Source: Octopus bimaculoides
Lineage: Eukaryota
NCBI RefSeq assembly: GCF_001194135.2
Contig: NC_068981.1
Location: 70,248,397 to 70,312,396 of the forward strand
Direction of reading: 5' to 3'
Length of the DNA stretch: 64,000 bases
Below, piece by piece: positions 52,939 to 64,000 of this stretch. The notes beneath the pieces were generated by a model. That model worked only from the letters and a program-made list of their open reading frames with translations. It had not been told where the DNA came from and made no database searches. How positions within the stretch are numbered: position 1 is the first letter of the stretch; each line of letters begins with the position of its first letter. A program made the position numbers and the translations under genes.

Positions 52939-53250
52939 AACATGAAAGAGCTGTACAACACAACTAAATTACTATCCGGGAAGAGAGTAAGAGTAGAAAA
53001 GGCAGTAAAAGGGAAGGATGGCCGGACGCTAACATCAGTTCTAGAACAAAAAATCGATGGAAGGAGCATTTTGAAGATTTGCTCAATAGACTACCTCCAG
53101 ACACAATACCCAACATTGTGCCAAGAAATTTGGATCTTAAAATCAGCCTTACCCACCGCCAAAGTTTGAAATAAGAAAGGTTTTGCAGTCCCTCAAGAGG
53201 GAGAAAGCGGGAGGTGTAGAAAATATTCCAGCTGAAGCAATGAAATCAGC
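52939..53250 (+). mobile_element. RTE-clade LINE, pre-RT linker fragment in the opposite orientation
   Basis: 'MKELYNTTKLLSGK..VKGKDGRTLT', 'RWKEHFEDLLN', 'EIRKVLQSLKREKAGGVENIPAEAMK'. Confidence 0.85.
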
Positions 53251-53924
53251 TATAGAAATATATATGTATATAGAAATATATATATATATTAATAATAATA
53301 AAGGAGTTACGACGCATAAACGTATATATTCAAATGAACATATTTATCTTCTTCAATATATATTTCAGTATATGTGAAATGTTTTCGCCTTGAACGGTTT
53401 GTGTTTTTAAACCGAATGTATTTTTTCTGATGTTTTATTTATTCCTGAAGGNNNNNNNNNNNNNNNNNNNNNNNNNNNNNNNNNNNNNNNNNNNNNNNNN
53501 NNNNNNNNNNNNNNNNNNNNNNNNNNNNNNNNNNNNNNNNNNNNNNNNNNNNNNNNNNNNNNNNNNNNNNNNNNNNNNNNNNNNNNNNNNNNNNNNNNNN
53601 NNNNNNNNNNNNNNNNNNNNNNNNNNNNNNNNNNNNNNNNNNNNNNNNNNNNNNNNNNNNNNNNNNNNNNNNNNNNNNNNNNNNNNNNNNNNNNNNNNNN
53701 NNNNNNNNNNNNNNNNNNNNNNNNNNNNNNNNNNNNNNNNNNNNNNNNNNNNNNNNNNNNNNNNNNNNNNNNNNNNNNNNNNNNNNNNNNNNNNNNNNNN
53801 NNNNNNNNNNNNNNTATATATATATATATACATACATACATATATACATACATACATACATACACACACACGTATTTACACACACACATGTACTCACGCA
53901 CAAACACACAGATATATGCCTTCA

Positions 53925-54335
53925 CCCTTTATCCTTTACTTGTTTCACTCATTAGACTGCGGTCATACTGGGGTACTGCCACGAAGAACTTATATTTTAA
54001 AACCTGGTATTACTTTATTTGCCGACAGTCACAGGACTAAGATAGGGGACGTAAACGCACCAACAACGATTGAAAACGGTGGAGGGGAACATACACCCAT
54101 ACACACACAAACACATATACATATTTTCTTTGTGCTTGTGTATGTATCTCTGTTTGTGTCTCCAACCACCTAGTGGATTTGGCAGACAGAAACTGAAACA
54201 CACCAATTATATATTTTCGATGAGTTTCTTTTAGTCTCCGTCTGCAAAATACGCTCACAATGTCTTGGCTCGAGGCTATTATAGAAGACATTTAGCTAAG
54301 ATGAGACGTAGCGGAACTAAACCCGAAACAATGAG
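53925..54335 (-). mobile_element. Degenerate, rearranged CORE-type SINE family D
   Basis: Reverse-complement tail (tttcactcattagactgcgg) and core (ttggctcgaggctattatagaagaca), with a short plus-oriented gtggatttggcagacagaaactgaaa piece inside. Confidence 0.6.
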
Positions 54336-54528
54336 GTTTGAAGATAGTTAAGATGTAGATAACATCTATTTATTTAGCACTTTCATACCTTTCGACTCAT
54401 CGTGAATAATATAAGCTGAATCCCTCAAACGGATGATGGCTCTAAATAAATAGGTTTTATTCAAATCCTGCGTGCCTCCTTTTTGTTTTGATATATAAAA
54501 TCTGTGCATTACTTCAAACAATATATAT

Positions 54529-54567
<39 letters not shown>

Positions 54568-55366
54568 NNNNNNNNNNNNNNNNNNNNNNNNNNNNNNNNN
54601 NNNNNNNNNNNNNNNNNNNNNNNNNNNNNNNNNNNNNNNNNNNNNNNNNNNNNNNNNNNNNNNNNNNNNNNNNNNNNNNNNNNNNNNNNNNNNNNNNNNN
54701 NNNNNNNNNNNNNNNNNNNNNNNNNNNNNNNNNNNNNNNNNNNNNNNNNNNNNNNNNNNNNNNNNNNNNNNNNNNNNNNNNNNNNNNNNNNNNNNNNNNN
54801 NNNNNNNNNNNNNNNNNNNNNNNNNNNNNNNNNNNNNNNNNNNNNNNNNNNNNNNNNNNNNNNNNNNNNNNNNNNNNNNNNNNNNNNNNNNNNNNNNNNN
54901 NNNNNNNNNNNNNNNNNNNNNNNNNNNNNNNNNNNNNNNNNNNNNNNNNNNNNNNNNNNNNNNNNNNNNNNNNNNNNNNNNNNNNNNNNNNNNNNNNNNN
55001 NNNNNNNNNNNNNNNNNNNNNNNNNNNATACGAGATATAGTACTATACAGAATACCGAAAGGATCTTCACCTCTTACATCACACATTTCTTCCTACTTCA
55101 ACGCCGAGATGGTATAATTTCCTGGGAGAGAGATAATTTTGCGGCTGAGGATAGCTTTACATTGTAAATTATACACATATTATATTATGTTATATTATAT
55201 TATATTATACACATGTAAAGCTTGAAACACGTGTACCGCGGAATCCTTTGTAGTTTTGTTGTTATTTTTTGGATTTACAATTTATTCTTTCACCGCAACC
55301 ACTAGCTGGAATACACAGGTGCTTACAATTGTCAAGTATTACCTCTAAATTTCAATTTACCTACGT

Positions 55367-55398
<32 letters not shown>

Positions 55399-56049
55399 CA
55401 ATGTATACCTAAATACATATCAATATACATATATACACAGATATACATACGTATATGTACGTGTGCGTATGTGTGCCTGTGTGTATGTGTGTATGTGTCA
55501 ATTTTTTTTCATTAATAGTGTAATTTGCATATCCTTGTAGTTCATCGCAATTTGTTCACAAAAGTTCCTTAATCTATTTTCAGCTGTTATAAAATCCCAC
55601 AGTCTAATCTTCTGGCTAAAGTAATACATGCTGCTAGAAAAATCAAACAAGATCTTCTTTTTTTTATATTTAGATATATGTAACATCAATCAGGTGCATA
55701 TTCTATGAGTAATGTTTTTTTTTTATCTCTATGAGTATTTTAGTATTATCTCCTGATAAGAGTATTACTTACCTTGTTAATCTTGTATTTGGTTACAAAT
55801 AGTTTGTAAAGAAAGTTTTCAGCTCTTTAAGACTTTTACTCTTGTATTTGTTAGTCATTCGACTGCAGCCATTCTGGAGCACCGCCTGCAGTTAATGCTT
55901 TTCTATTTAGAGTAATTTTATTTTGTGCAGTGCACTGTTATGTAATGCCCTGATTGTTAGCTTTCGTATAGTTATATGTGAAATGATTTTATCTTTCGCA
56001 TATCACAACCCCAACCGATTAATACGTAACGAAATTAATTGTAAATTAA

Positions 56050-56222
56050 TGCAGGTGCAGCGTGACTGTGTGGTAAGACGTCTGCTTCCCAACCACACGG
56101 TTGTGGATTCAGTTCCATTGCGTGGCACTATGTGCGAGTGTCTTCTATTACAGCCTCGGGCCGACAAAAGTCTTCTGAGTGGATTTGGTAGACGGAATCT
56201 GAAAGAAGGCCGTCGTGTATAT
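56050..56222 (+). mobile_element. CORE-type SINE family D, 5' half, leading into (TA)n and an N gap
   Basis: gtgactgtgtggtaag...ttcccaaccac...gtgtcttctattacagcctcgggccgacaaaag...gtggatttggtagacggaatctgaaagaaggccgtcg. Confidence 0.85.
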
Positions 56223-56806
56223 ATATATATATATATATATATNNNNNNNNNNNNNNNNNNNNNNNNNNNNNNNNNNNNNNNNNNNNNNNNNNNNNNNNNN
56301 NNNNNNNNNNNNNNNNNNNNNNNNNNNNNNNNNNNNNNNNNNNNNNNNNNNNNNNNNNNNNNNNNNNNNNNNNNNNNNNNNNNNNNNNNNNNNNNNNNNN
56401 NNNNNNNNNNNNNNNNNNNNNNNNNNNNNNNNNNNNNNNNNNNNNNNNNNNNNNNNNNNNNNNNNNNNNNNNNNNNNNNNNNNNNNNNNNNNNNNNNNNN
56501 NNNNNNNNNNNNNNNNNNNNNNNNNNNNNNNNNNNNNNNNNNNNNNNNNNNNNNNNNNNNNNNNNNNNNNNNNNNNNNNNNNNNNNNNNNNNNNNNNNNN
56601 NNNNNNNNNNNNNNNNNNNNNNNNNNNNNNNNNNNNNNNNNNNNNNNNNNNNNNNNNNNNNNNNNNNNNNNNNNNNNNNNNNNNNNNNNNNNNNNNNNNN
56701 NNNNNNNNNNNNNNNNNNNNNNNNNNNNNNNNNNNNNNNNNNNNNNNNNNNNNNNNNNNNNNNNNNNNNNNNNNNNNNNNNNNNNNNNNNNNNNNNNNNN
56801 NNNNNN

Positions 56807-56838
<32 letters not shown>

Positions 56839-57289
56839 ATGTATATGCATACATGCATACATGTATGCATTCTAGCACAAATGGGAATGTAAAAACATGA
56901 ACCTCTATTGTCCCTTCTGTTATATTAAATCACTTGACCGTATGCACATCAGAGTGTTTATTACCTCTTTAGCGATGCCAGTTTAAGAGGAAAGGAACTG
57001 ACAACAAACTGTATGTTGTACGACCAAAAGATAACCATCAAAGTAGAAGGTGAGCCGTCTAAACCAGTAGAGATCAAGCGGGTGTAAGGAAAGTATTAAT
57101 CTTAATACCATGATCGAAATAAAGGACATATTTTACAATGACTACTGTGAATCCATATCTTTACTCAACAAGGTTAATGGCATAACCAATATTGGCCCGC
57201 AACAAGCTTCCCCAATCTTTTTTACACTGCTGTGAGTCAAAAAAAGCCTAACATAAATACCATCCAAGTAAAATATTACCTTGAACAGC

Positions 57290-58600
57290 ATCCACGTTCA
57301 ACAGCAATCAGAAGACTTGAGTTGGAAAAACAGCGTCAAAAGCTGCAGAAGAAAAGTGTGTAATAAAAAACCCGAAAGTGTTCTATTCTTATGCAAAAAA
57401 AAAAACAAAAATCACAGGACCTACGCCTCACCTGTTAGTCAACTGACTGATGCTGACAGCATTCTCCAACATGACGCTAAAGAATTGGCAGAAGTACGGC
57501 AGAAACAATACTGCTCTGTCTATAGTGATCTCAATGATATTGACGCAAGGGATCTCAACGAACTCAGTCCTCAACATACCATCGTGGGCACAACCTTTAC
57601 TTCCCCAGACATTATAGTATCAGTAACTGAAATCAAATACTAACCAACTATAGGCTTTGATAGATTCCAAGCTGGTGTCCTAATGGAATGTAGATACGAA
57701 CCTGCAATCTCTTTAACCAACCTCTGGAGAAATTCTTTAGACTCAAGCTATATACTGTCATCTCGGTTTTCAAAAAGGGAAACAGGTCTCTCGCAATTAC
57801 CCATCACCCAATCTCACTCATCTCCCATATCTTCAAAGTTTTTGAAAGGGTGGTGAGATCTAGGTTAACTAGCCTCATGGAGAGCAACAACCTTCTGACT
57901 TCCAACCAGTATGGCTTTCGCTGTGACAGGGGCTGCCTCGCACAGCTCTTATATCATATCGATGATGTCCTTAGTGCCTTGAGATCAGGATTGAACGCTG
58001 ATGCCATATAACCTGACTTCTGCAAAACGTTCGACAGACTCGACCACAAGATCATCTAGTCAAAATGATCAAATATTGGAATCCGTGAAAAAATTCTTCT
58101 ACTGAATGAAGTATTTCCTGGTGAACAGAACATATATTGCGATCGGTAGAGTCCATTCAATCCCAGAAAAATGTCATCAGTGGTATCCTTCAGGGGAATG
58201 TTTTCGGCCTGCTTCACTTTATAGACAATATAAATGACATCTCAAGCGTCATCAAACACAGCAAGATGAAAAATAATCGCAGAAGACTCCAATAACTAAA
58301 ATTCATCAATGGAGAGGAAGATTGAACTGAACTCCAGACTGATCTACATTTTGTAAGCCAATGTGCAGAAAAAAACAAAATGCGGTCAAATGAGTGAAAA
58401 TTTGAACTGATGCATTTTGGGAAAAAGACTGGGCCCAAACAAACATATTTTCTTCCTTCTGAAGAACTGCTCGCAGAATCCAACAATACCAGGGCTTTAG
58501 AAGAGATTGTTGACGACAATATCGCCTAGAGTACCCACATCTTCAATAAGATCGATATGGCATACAGGACGAATTACTGAATCCTCAGAATTTTGTTTGA
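57290..58600 (+). mobile_element. Second CR1-type LINE fragment (RT), paralogous to 4900-6400
   Basis: ctctggagaaattcttta, ttcaaaaagggaaac, aaccagtatggctttcgctg, gatgatgtccttagtgccttgagatcagg and gacttctgcaaaacgttcgacag align with 5140-5470; no MITE at the equivalent site. Confidence 0.85.
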
Positions 58601-58629
58601 AATTTTGAGACACGGCCAGCCATTTCAGT

Positions 58630-58805
58630 TGAGGATGCAAATCGACTATAGCAACCACATTATTTAACTGGTATTTATTCCATCATCCCCGAAAGGATGA
58701 AAGACAAAATTAACCGCGGCGGCATTTGAACTCAGATCGTAACGACGGACGATATGTCGTTAAGCATTTTGCTCGGCCTATTAACAATTCTTCTAGCTTA
58801 CCGCC
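58630..58805 (-). mobile_element. SINE family A copy
   Basis: aactggtattt...ccccgaaaggatgaaagacaaa...cggcggcatttgaactcaga.cgtaacgacggacga. Confidence 0.75.
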
Positions 58806-60839
58806 TTCTTGGGTGTATTAATGTTAGCAATTATCAAGGCAGCATGCAGAATTAATTGTAAATTAAGTACCTATTGAGTATTTGAGTCTATGTAATTGAC
58901 TTAACCTTTCCCCCCCGAAATTGCTGGCCTTGTGATAAGATATAACCAATATTACTAAGCCTAGTAATACCTGCAAATGTTCTGTAAGTCAAACTTCTAG
59001 GAAGTGCTAGAATTTATATAGTCTACTATAGCATGTATCAATGTTATAGTTTATAGATCAGACAAAGGTATTACAGCCGGGTTTGAACTGAGAGCATATA
59101 CGACGCCACTAAATAATACTACACGTCGAATTCAGTCGCTGACTGACTTCTGTCAACTTTCTAGTTTTGACGATTTATAGAAGAGCCTCAAAGACATTTA
59201 TTTTTTCAAAAAAGAAGCAGTCGTTTTGAGAATACTTATTATTTGAAATCTTGGGCTACGACAAAATAACAATAAGATAAATATAGTGAAGAACGGTCAA
59301 AAGCATTTGTGCTGACATTCTTTAGTTGCAGGCTTTATTTTTGCACTTAATCACAGATCATTCCTGATTTATAAGCAAACATATCATTGTGTCCTCCAAG
59401 CGTGTTTTTCTTTTAATCAATAATCAATCCTCTCGTACCATTTTGGCAAGTCCTGTATTAAGTCCACCGCGGTTATCATCCTTAACGTGTTACAAAGTGA
59501 ATTGTCAAATTTCGACTTATGCATATTTGAACACCTGACGTAAAAACTCTTAACTAAATATCACATTTGTCCTCTACTTTAGCGTTTCCACCGTAACAAA
59601 AGGCAGGAGGTATATATCAATGATAATAAGTATATAAACATAAATATACTAATAATATCGATATTAACAATCAAAAGTCAAATATGATATATGTATTTTG
59701 CATTTTCGGCATCTCTTGCCCATGGGTTCATATATATGCTTCTAGGCATTGAGCCAATTTCAAGTAAGATACCTGCCGCACACGTAAATCTCTTTACGCG
59801 CCGCTTAATACTTCAGTCATATATTTTAATATAAACCTTAGCTCTATCTGACATCAGAAGACATTTGCATTCACTGGATGGTTTTATCAGATACTTAGAG
59901 CAGTTCGGGGAAAAGATATGGTTTAACCTTCGACATACAAGTGAAAACCAGATCCAAACAGTTAGCCATAACTCACACTCTTTGATCAAAGTATAATAGA
60001 TATATTGTCTTTACAGTTTTATGTGATTTGCCATAACGAGTCCTGATATTAGATTATTTCGTGTACAATTACCTTTATCATGAACTTGTATAACATATCC
60101 TATAGAAAATGCTATCTAAATACATTGTTAGTACACAAAGAGATTAAAAGGTATAGCTTTAAATATTTTTATTCGATGGCATGCGATACATGTTTTGATA
60201 GATTAATATCCAGATCAGAATATCTTTATGGACATACTGCATATACAATAAATGAACAAACAACATTCTTCGTTCATCCTATATTTTTTCCACATCCACC
60301 CGAGGCTGGTAAATATTCATAATGTGGTAGTAACTGAAAATGAACATCAATCCAGTCTTTTTGAAAATGTGATTCCAAAGGAAATTCATAAATATATTTC
60401 CAAAAATCTCTAATATAGATGAGAAAGAAAGCAGAAAAACTATCTGTAGGAAAAAAAATAAAATAATATGAAACTTATTTAAACAGCAATGTAGGTCAAA
60501 TCGTATATTACAATAAAAAATATAAAAAGCTTGTAACACTAAAATGTACGCATGGAAATGCATTAACGTCGATTATAAATTTATCCTAAAAATAATTAAA
60601 ATTCTCTTTGAAACTACTGATAATATGTTTTAATATTTCTTTGTGCGTGTAGGGCGTGGGATGTATACCACTCCAAAATGGTAAACAGCATGTTCCAGTA
60701 ATTTATAGGAATACAAATGTAAAACTGACTTATTTATATAATTGCTTTTATTTATTTAGTACTGCATGTAGTGGGAAAAGAAACGAGTGAATACTTTTCA
60801 TTATGAACTCAATCATTATCTAAAGGATTCCAAGTGAAT

Positions 60840-60847
60840 TGTAGTAA

Positions 60848-60903
<56 letters not shown>

Positions 60904-61026
60904 NNNNNNNNNNGAGGAGGAGGAGGAGGAGGAGGAGGAGAGGCAGCAGTAGTGGTCATATTTACAGTAGTATTAGGAGGAGGATGGCGGGAGGAGTTGT
61001 AGTGGCGGCAGAAGTGGTCATATGTA

Positions 61027-61063
<37 letters not shown>

Positions 61064-61070
61064 TGAAGAT
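60840..61070. repeat. Compound (TAG)n/(GAG)n microsatellite
   Basis: Direct inspection; contains a 10-N gap. Confidence 0.9.
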
Positions 61071-61469
61071 GCTGTTGTATTGGAATCAACATCATTGTAA
61101 TAACATATTTTGATAGAGAGTGTAATGTCGAACTAAGTATCTACCTGGAATCAACGAAAATCAATGATACCGGCTTCATCCTAAATATGAATAGAATCTT
61201 TCATCAGAATCTTTTAGCCATTATAACACACCAATATTGAAACCCGAATAACTTACAAGAAGTAGCATCTAAAACCTGCCCTATTTACACTACTTTCCGG
61301 TGGCATACCAACTCGTGATTTTCCAAGGCATGAGTATATAAGTTGTTGGACCAGTTAGGGGACTCGCCTTCAACCCAAATGGGGAGGTGATGTTGAAAAA
61401 CTACAAAAACGGTGAAACATCGATGTCCATCACTCCCAAATGTTTTTTTATTCTTTTGCTTTTTTAATC

Positions 61470-62020
61470 GTATCAGTCATTTGACTACGCCCGTGTTTGA
61501 GCACCGTCTTTAAGGTTTTTAGTCGAAGAAAGCGATACCAGGACTTTTTCTAGTACTTATTCTATCGGTCTCTATGCCGAACCGCTAGCTTACGGGAACG
61601 TAAGCAGCCAACATCGGGTTCTGAAGTGATAGTGGTGGGAGGGCACACAGACACAAAGACACACGAACAAACACACACACACACACANNNNNNNNNNNNN
61701 NNNNNNNNNNNNNNNNNNNNNNNNNNNNNNNNNNNNNNNNNNNNNNNNNNNNNNNNNNNNNNNNNNNNNNNNNNNNNNNNNNNNNNNNNNNNNNNNNNNN
61801 NNNNNNNNNNNNNNNNNNNNNNNNNNNNNNNNNNNATATATATATATATATATATACATATACGAAAGGCTTCTTTCAGTTTCCATCTACCAAAGCCATT
61901 CAGAAGGGTTTGGTTGGCTCGAGGCTATAGTAGAAGACACAGACACTAAGTGTCACGCTGAGGGTGGGAACTCGAATCATGTGGTTGGGAAGCAAGCTTT
62001 ACCACACAGCAGCGCATGCG
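61470..62020 (-). mobile_element. Full-length CORE-type SINE family D; its internal microsatellite is an N gap
   Basis: Reverse-complement tail tcagtcatttgact at ~61473, body, (CA)n, gap 61688-61835, (TA)n, core ggcttctttcagtttccatctacc...gaggctatagtagaagacac, head accacacagc. Confidence 0.85.
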
Positions 62021-62439
62021 CGTAGGTGCAATTCCGTCAAATATGCACGTTTATTTTCGTGGCAGATATATGCAATTTAACTGAGGGTTGCAATATGTAG
62101 GGTGATATTTCTTTGTTGTCGTTTATGGAAAAAAATGGCAAAAATAAGAGTGAATATCTATTTTGACATCTGTGTATTAAGTCTATAAAACTGTGCATAA
62201 ATATATAAATCTTATTTATAAAGTCCATGAAGTAATCATCGTATTTCAATTTCTGCCACTTTTCAATTAATAGCAGGTGAGTGACTATCTTTCCATGCAG
62301 ACACAACACAGGTTACACTTTCAGGTTTTGGGATAAAGTTTTCAGAAATAATCCAATATGTTTACCATTAATTCCGTGAAATATTCATGGGTTCCACTAA
62401 TGAGTTATTATCAGTGTTAACAAAATAAACATGCGCAGA

Positions 62440-63330
62440 TATAGGAGTAACACATGACAATAAGAATTCTTTAAGAACACTAGGAATATCTATACTCAAA
62501 CATCATAAATGACAATATACTAAAAAATATAACGAAGGCATCTAGTAGTCCTTAATGAAATCAAAAACAAAAAGACAATATCAAAAAGAGAAAATCAACT
62601 GTCTCACAAATGTAATATAACTGAGATCTTCTCTGAGACAAAGAGTATCTTTTGAAATATAATATTTGGGAGAAATTTCTGAAAAAAGAAAAACCATACC
62701 TACCCTCCAAAGGAAAGAGATTTCACCAAGAATTATGTAAAAATAAAATACATAACAAACAGCCCCAAAAGTATAAGGGCTAAGAATATTTGCCAGAGAC
62801 TAATGCACAGTGAATGAAACACCGGTCAAGATTATTCAAAACAACGGTAACAACTCTTGAACCATAGAGATAAACCATCACCAAACATGGCCTAGACCCT
62901 AAAAATTAAGCAAATGGGAAGCACGGAAATAGAATAAAATCCTAAACAGCTGGTTTAATTATTTAAGATATACACATAAGTTGCTAGAACATATATTCAA
63001 TAAGAAACTGATAAGGAGTCAAACAAATACATCACTGGTGCACTGAGGTGAAAATCTTCATAACAACAAAGATTAAAGAAAATTTGATACTATAAAAGCC
63101 CCAGAAACATAACGTCTTGTTTTGTTATTGCTGATAGCCCTGAAGTGAGATAATATTGCAGATAGTGAATAAAGATCTTCACTGAACAACAACCTGTTAT
63201 CAGAAAAACAAAAGAGATGGTGGAGACGCTAATATATGCATGACAATATCAACTATTGATCAACAGCCCAATACTCGATAATAGAAAAAGAAAGGTTTAC
63301 ACATAATTCGGATTGAATATAAGAAGGCAA
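62440..63330 (+). mobile_element. Highly decayed R4/Dong-type pre-RT/RT N-terminal fragment
   Basis: Remnants 'NNLLSEKQK', 'QLLINSPILDN', 'IRIEYKK' resemble the EQKG..QLLI..WIDYKK motifs of the copies at 21480-25988. Left boundary is a guess. Confidence 0.5.
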
Positions 63331-63863
63331 CTGGCAGAGTTTCTTGCGAGTGTCTTCCTAGAAATATTTACCAAAATTAGGTAGCATCATGGCTGCTTGA
63401 GAAAAGTTTGTGCTGATGAAGACGATCTACAAAAATTCAAAGGCACTTTCTCTCTCCAGTTCTTTACTACCTAGAGCTAAGATTTTTAACTCGCAAACTA
63501 ATTCAACCTGGACTCTGAAACAAATACTATGGGTAAAAAAATGACTTGTCTTTTGTATTTAGATGCTAACAACTTGTACAATATGGATGATACAAAACCA
63601 GAAGATAAAGCCACAGACAACATACAAATACTAGAGACATTGATGCGTATTTATAAATAGCCCAACATTAATATTAAGAAGAAAATCCTCTTGTTAAATA
63701 AAGAAACAAAAATAAGTTAATTATTCCAAGCACTCTCAAAAATTTTAAATAAACACAGTTGATTTGTTTAGAGTGATCAAATGGTTTTGTTTACATAAGC
63801 TTACTCTCTTCGTCATATGAACATCACATGTACCACATGTCAGATGACGATATGATCGCAATG

Positions 63864-63973
63864 CAACATGAAATAAAGTGCTTTGCTCAAGAACACAACG
63901 AAATACCCGGTCTGGGAATCGAGCCTACAATCTCGCAATTGTGGGTGCAGCACCCTAATCACTAATCCATGCG
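63864..63973 (-). mobile_element. tRNA-derived SINE family C head
   Basis: Reverse complement cgcatggattagtgattagggtg...ggctcgattccc...gttgtgttcttgagcaaagcac contains A- and B-box-like motifs. Confidence 0.7.
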
Positions 63974-64000
63974 TATATGTATATATATATATATATATAT

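Noticed and set aside
60213-60308. Alternative plus-strand exon (SEYLYGHTAYT...HPPEA, donor gtaaat)
   Set aside because: Weak acceptor, and it slightly overlaps the minus-strand candidate; it cannot be supported without RNA data.
7241-61949. Long ORFs made of YIYI, CVCV, THTH, poly-I/H/M/Y/S/L or X runs
   Set aside because: They are translations of microsatellites and N gaps, not genes.

Overview
AT-rich, repeat-dominated animal genomic DNA with 14 assembly gaps, most flanked by (TA)n/(TG)n. The SINE/LINE repertoire resembles an octopus (coleoid cephalopod) genome; this is inferred from recognised repeat families, not from a search. No intact long protein-coding gene is present. The window contains: RTE LINE fragments; a near full-length decayed CR1-type LINE (CCCH ORF1, APE, RT) interrupted by a 9-bp-TSD MITE, plus a second CR1 copy; several R4/Dong-type fragments abutting (TAA)n; a 5'-truncated Penelope-like element bounded by ~290-bp inverted terminal repeats that each carry a minimal hammerhead-ribozyme motif; a Gypsy integrase with PPT and one LTR; a Helitron helicase 3' end; four tRNA-derived SINE families; two long hairpins, one a perfect 135-bp-arm palindrome; and mini/microsatellites. 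A few low-confidence minus-strand exon candidates suggest the window may be intronic. I found no well-supported new biological system; the hammerhead-bearing element, the perfect palindrome, the inverted RTE and the TAA-targeted Dong stack most deserve follow-up. All alignments were made by eye.
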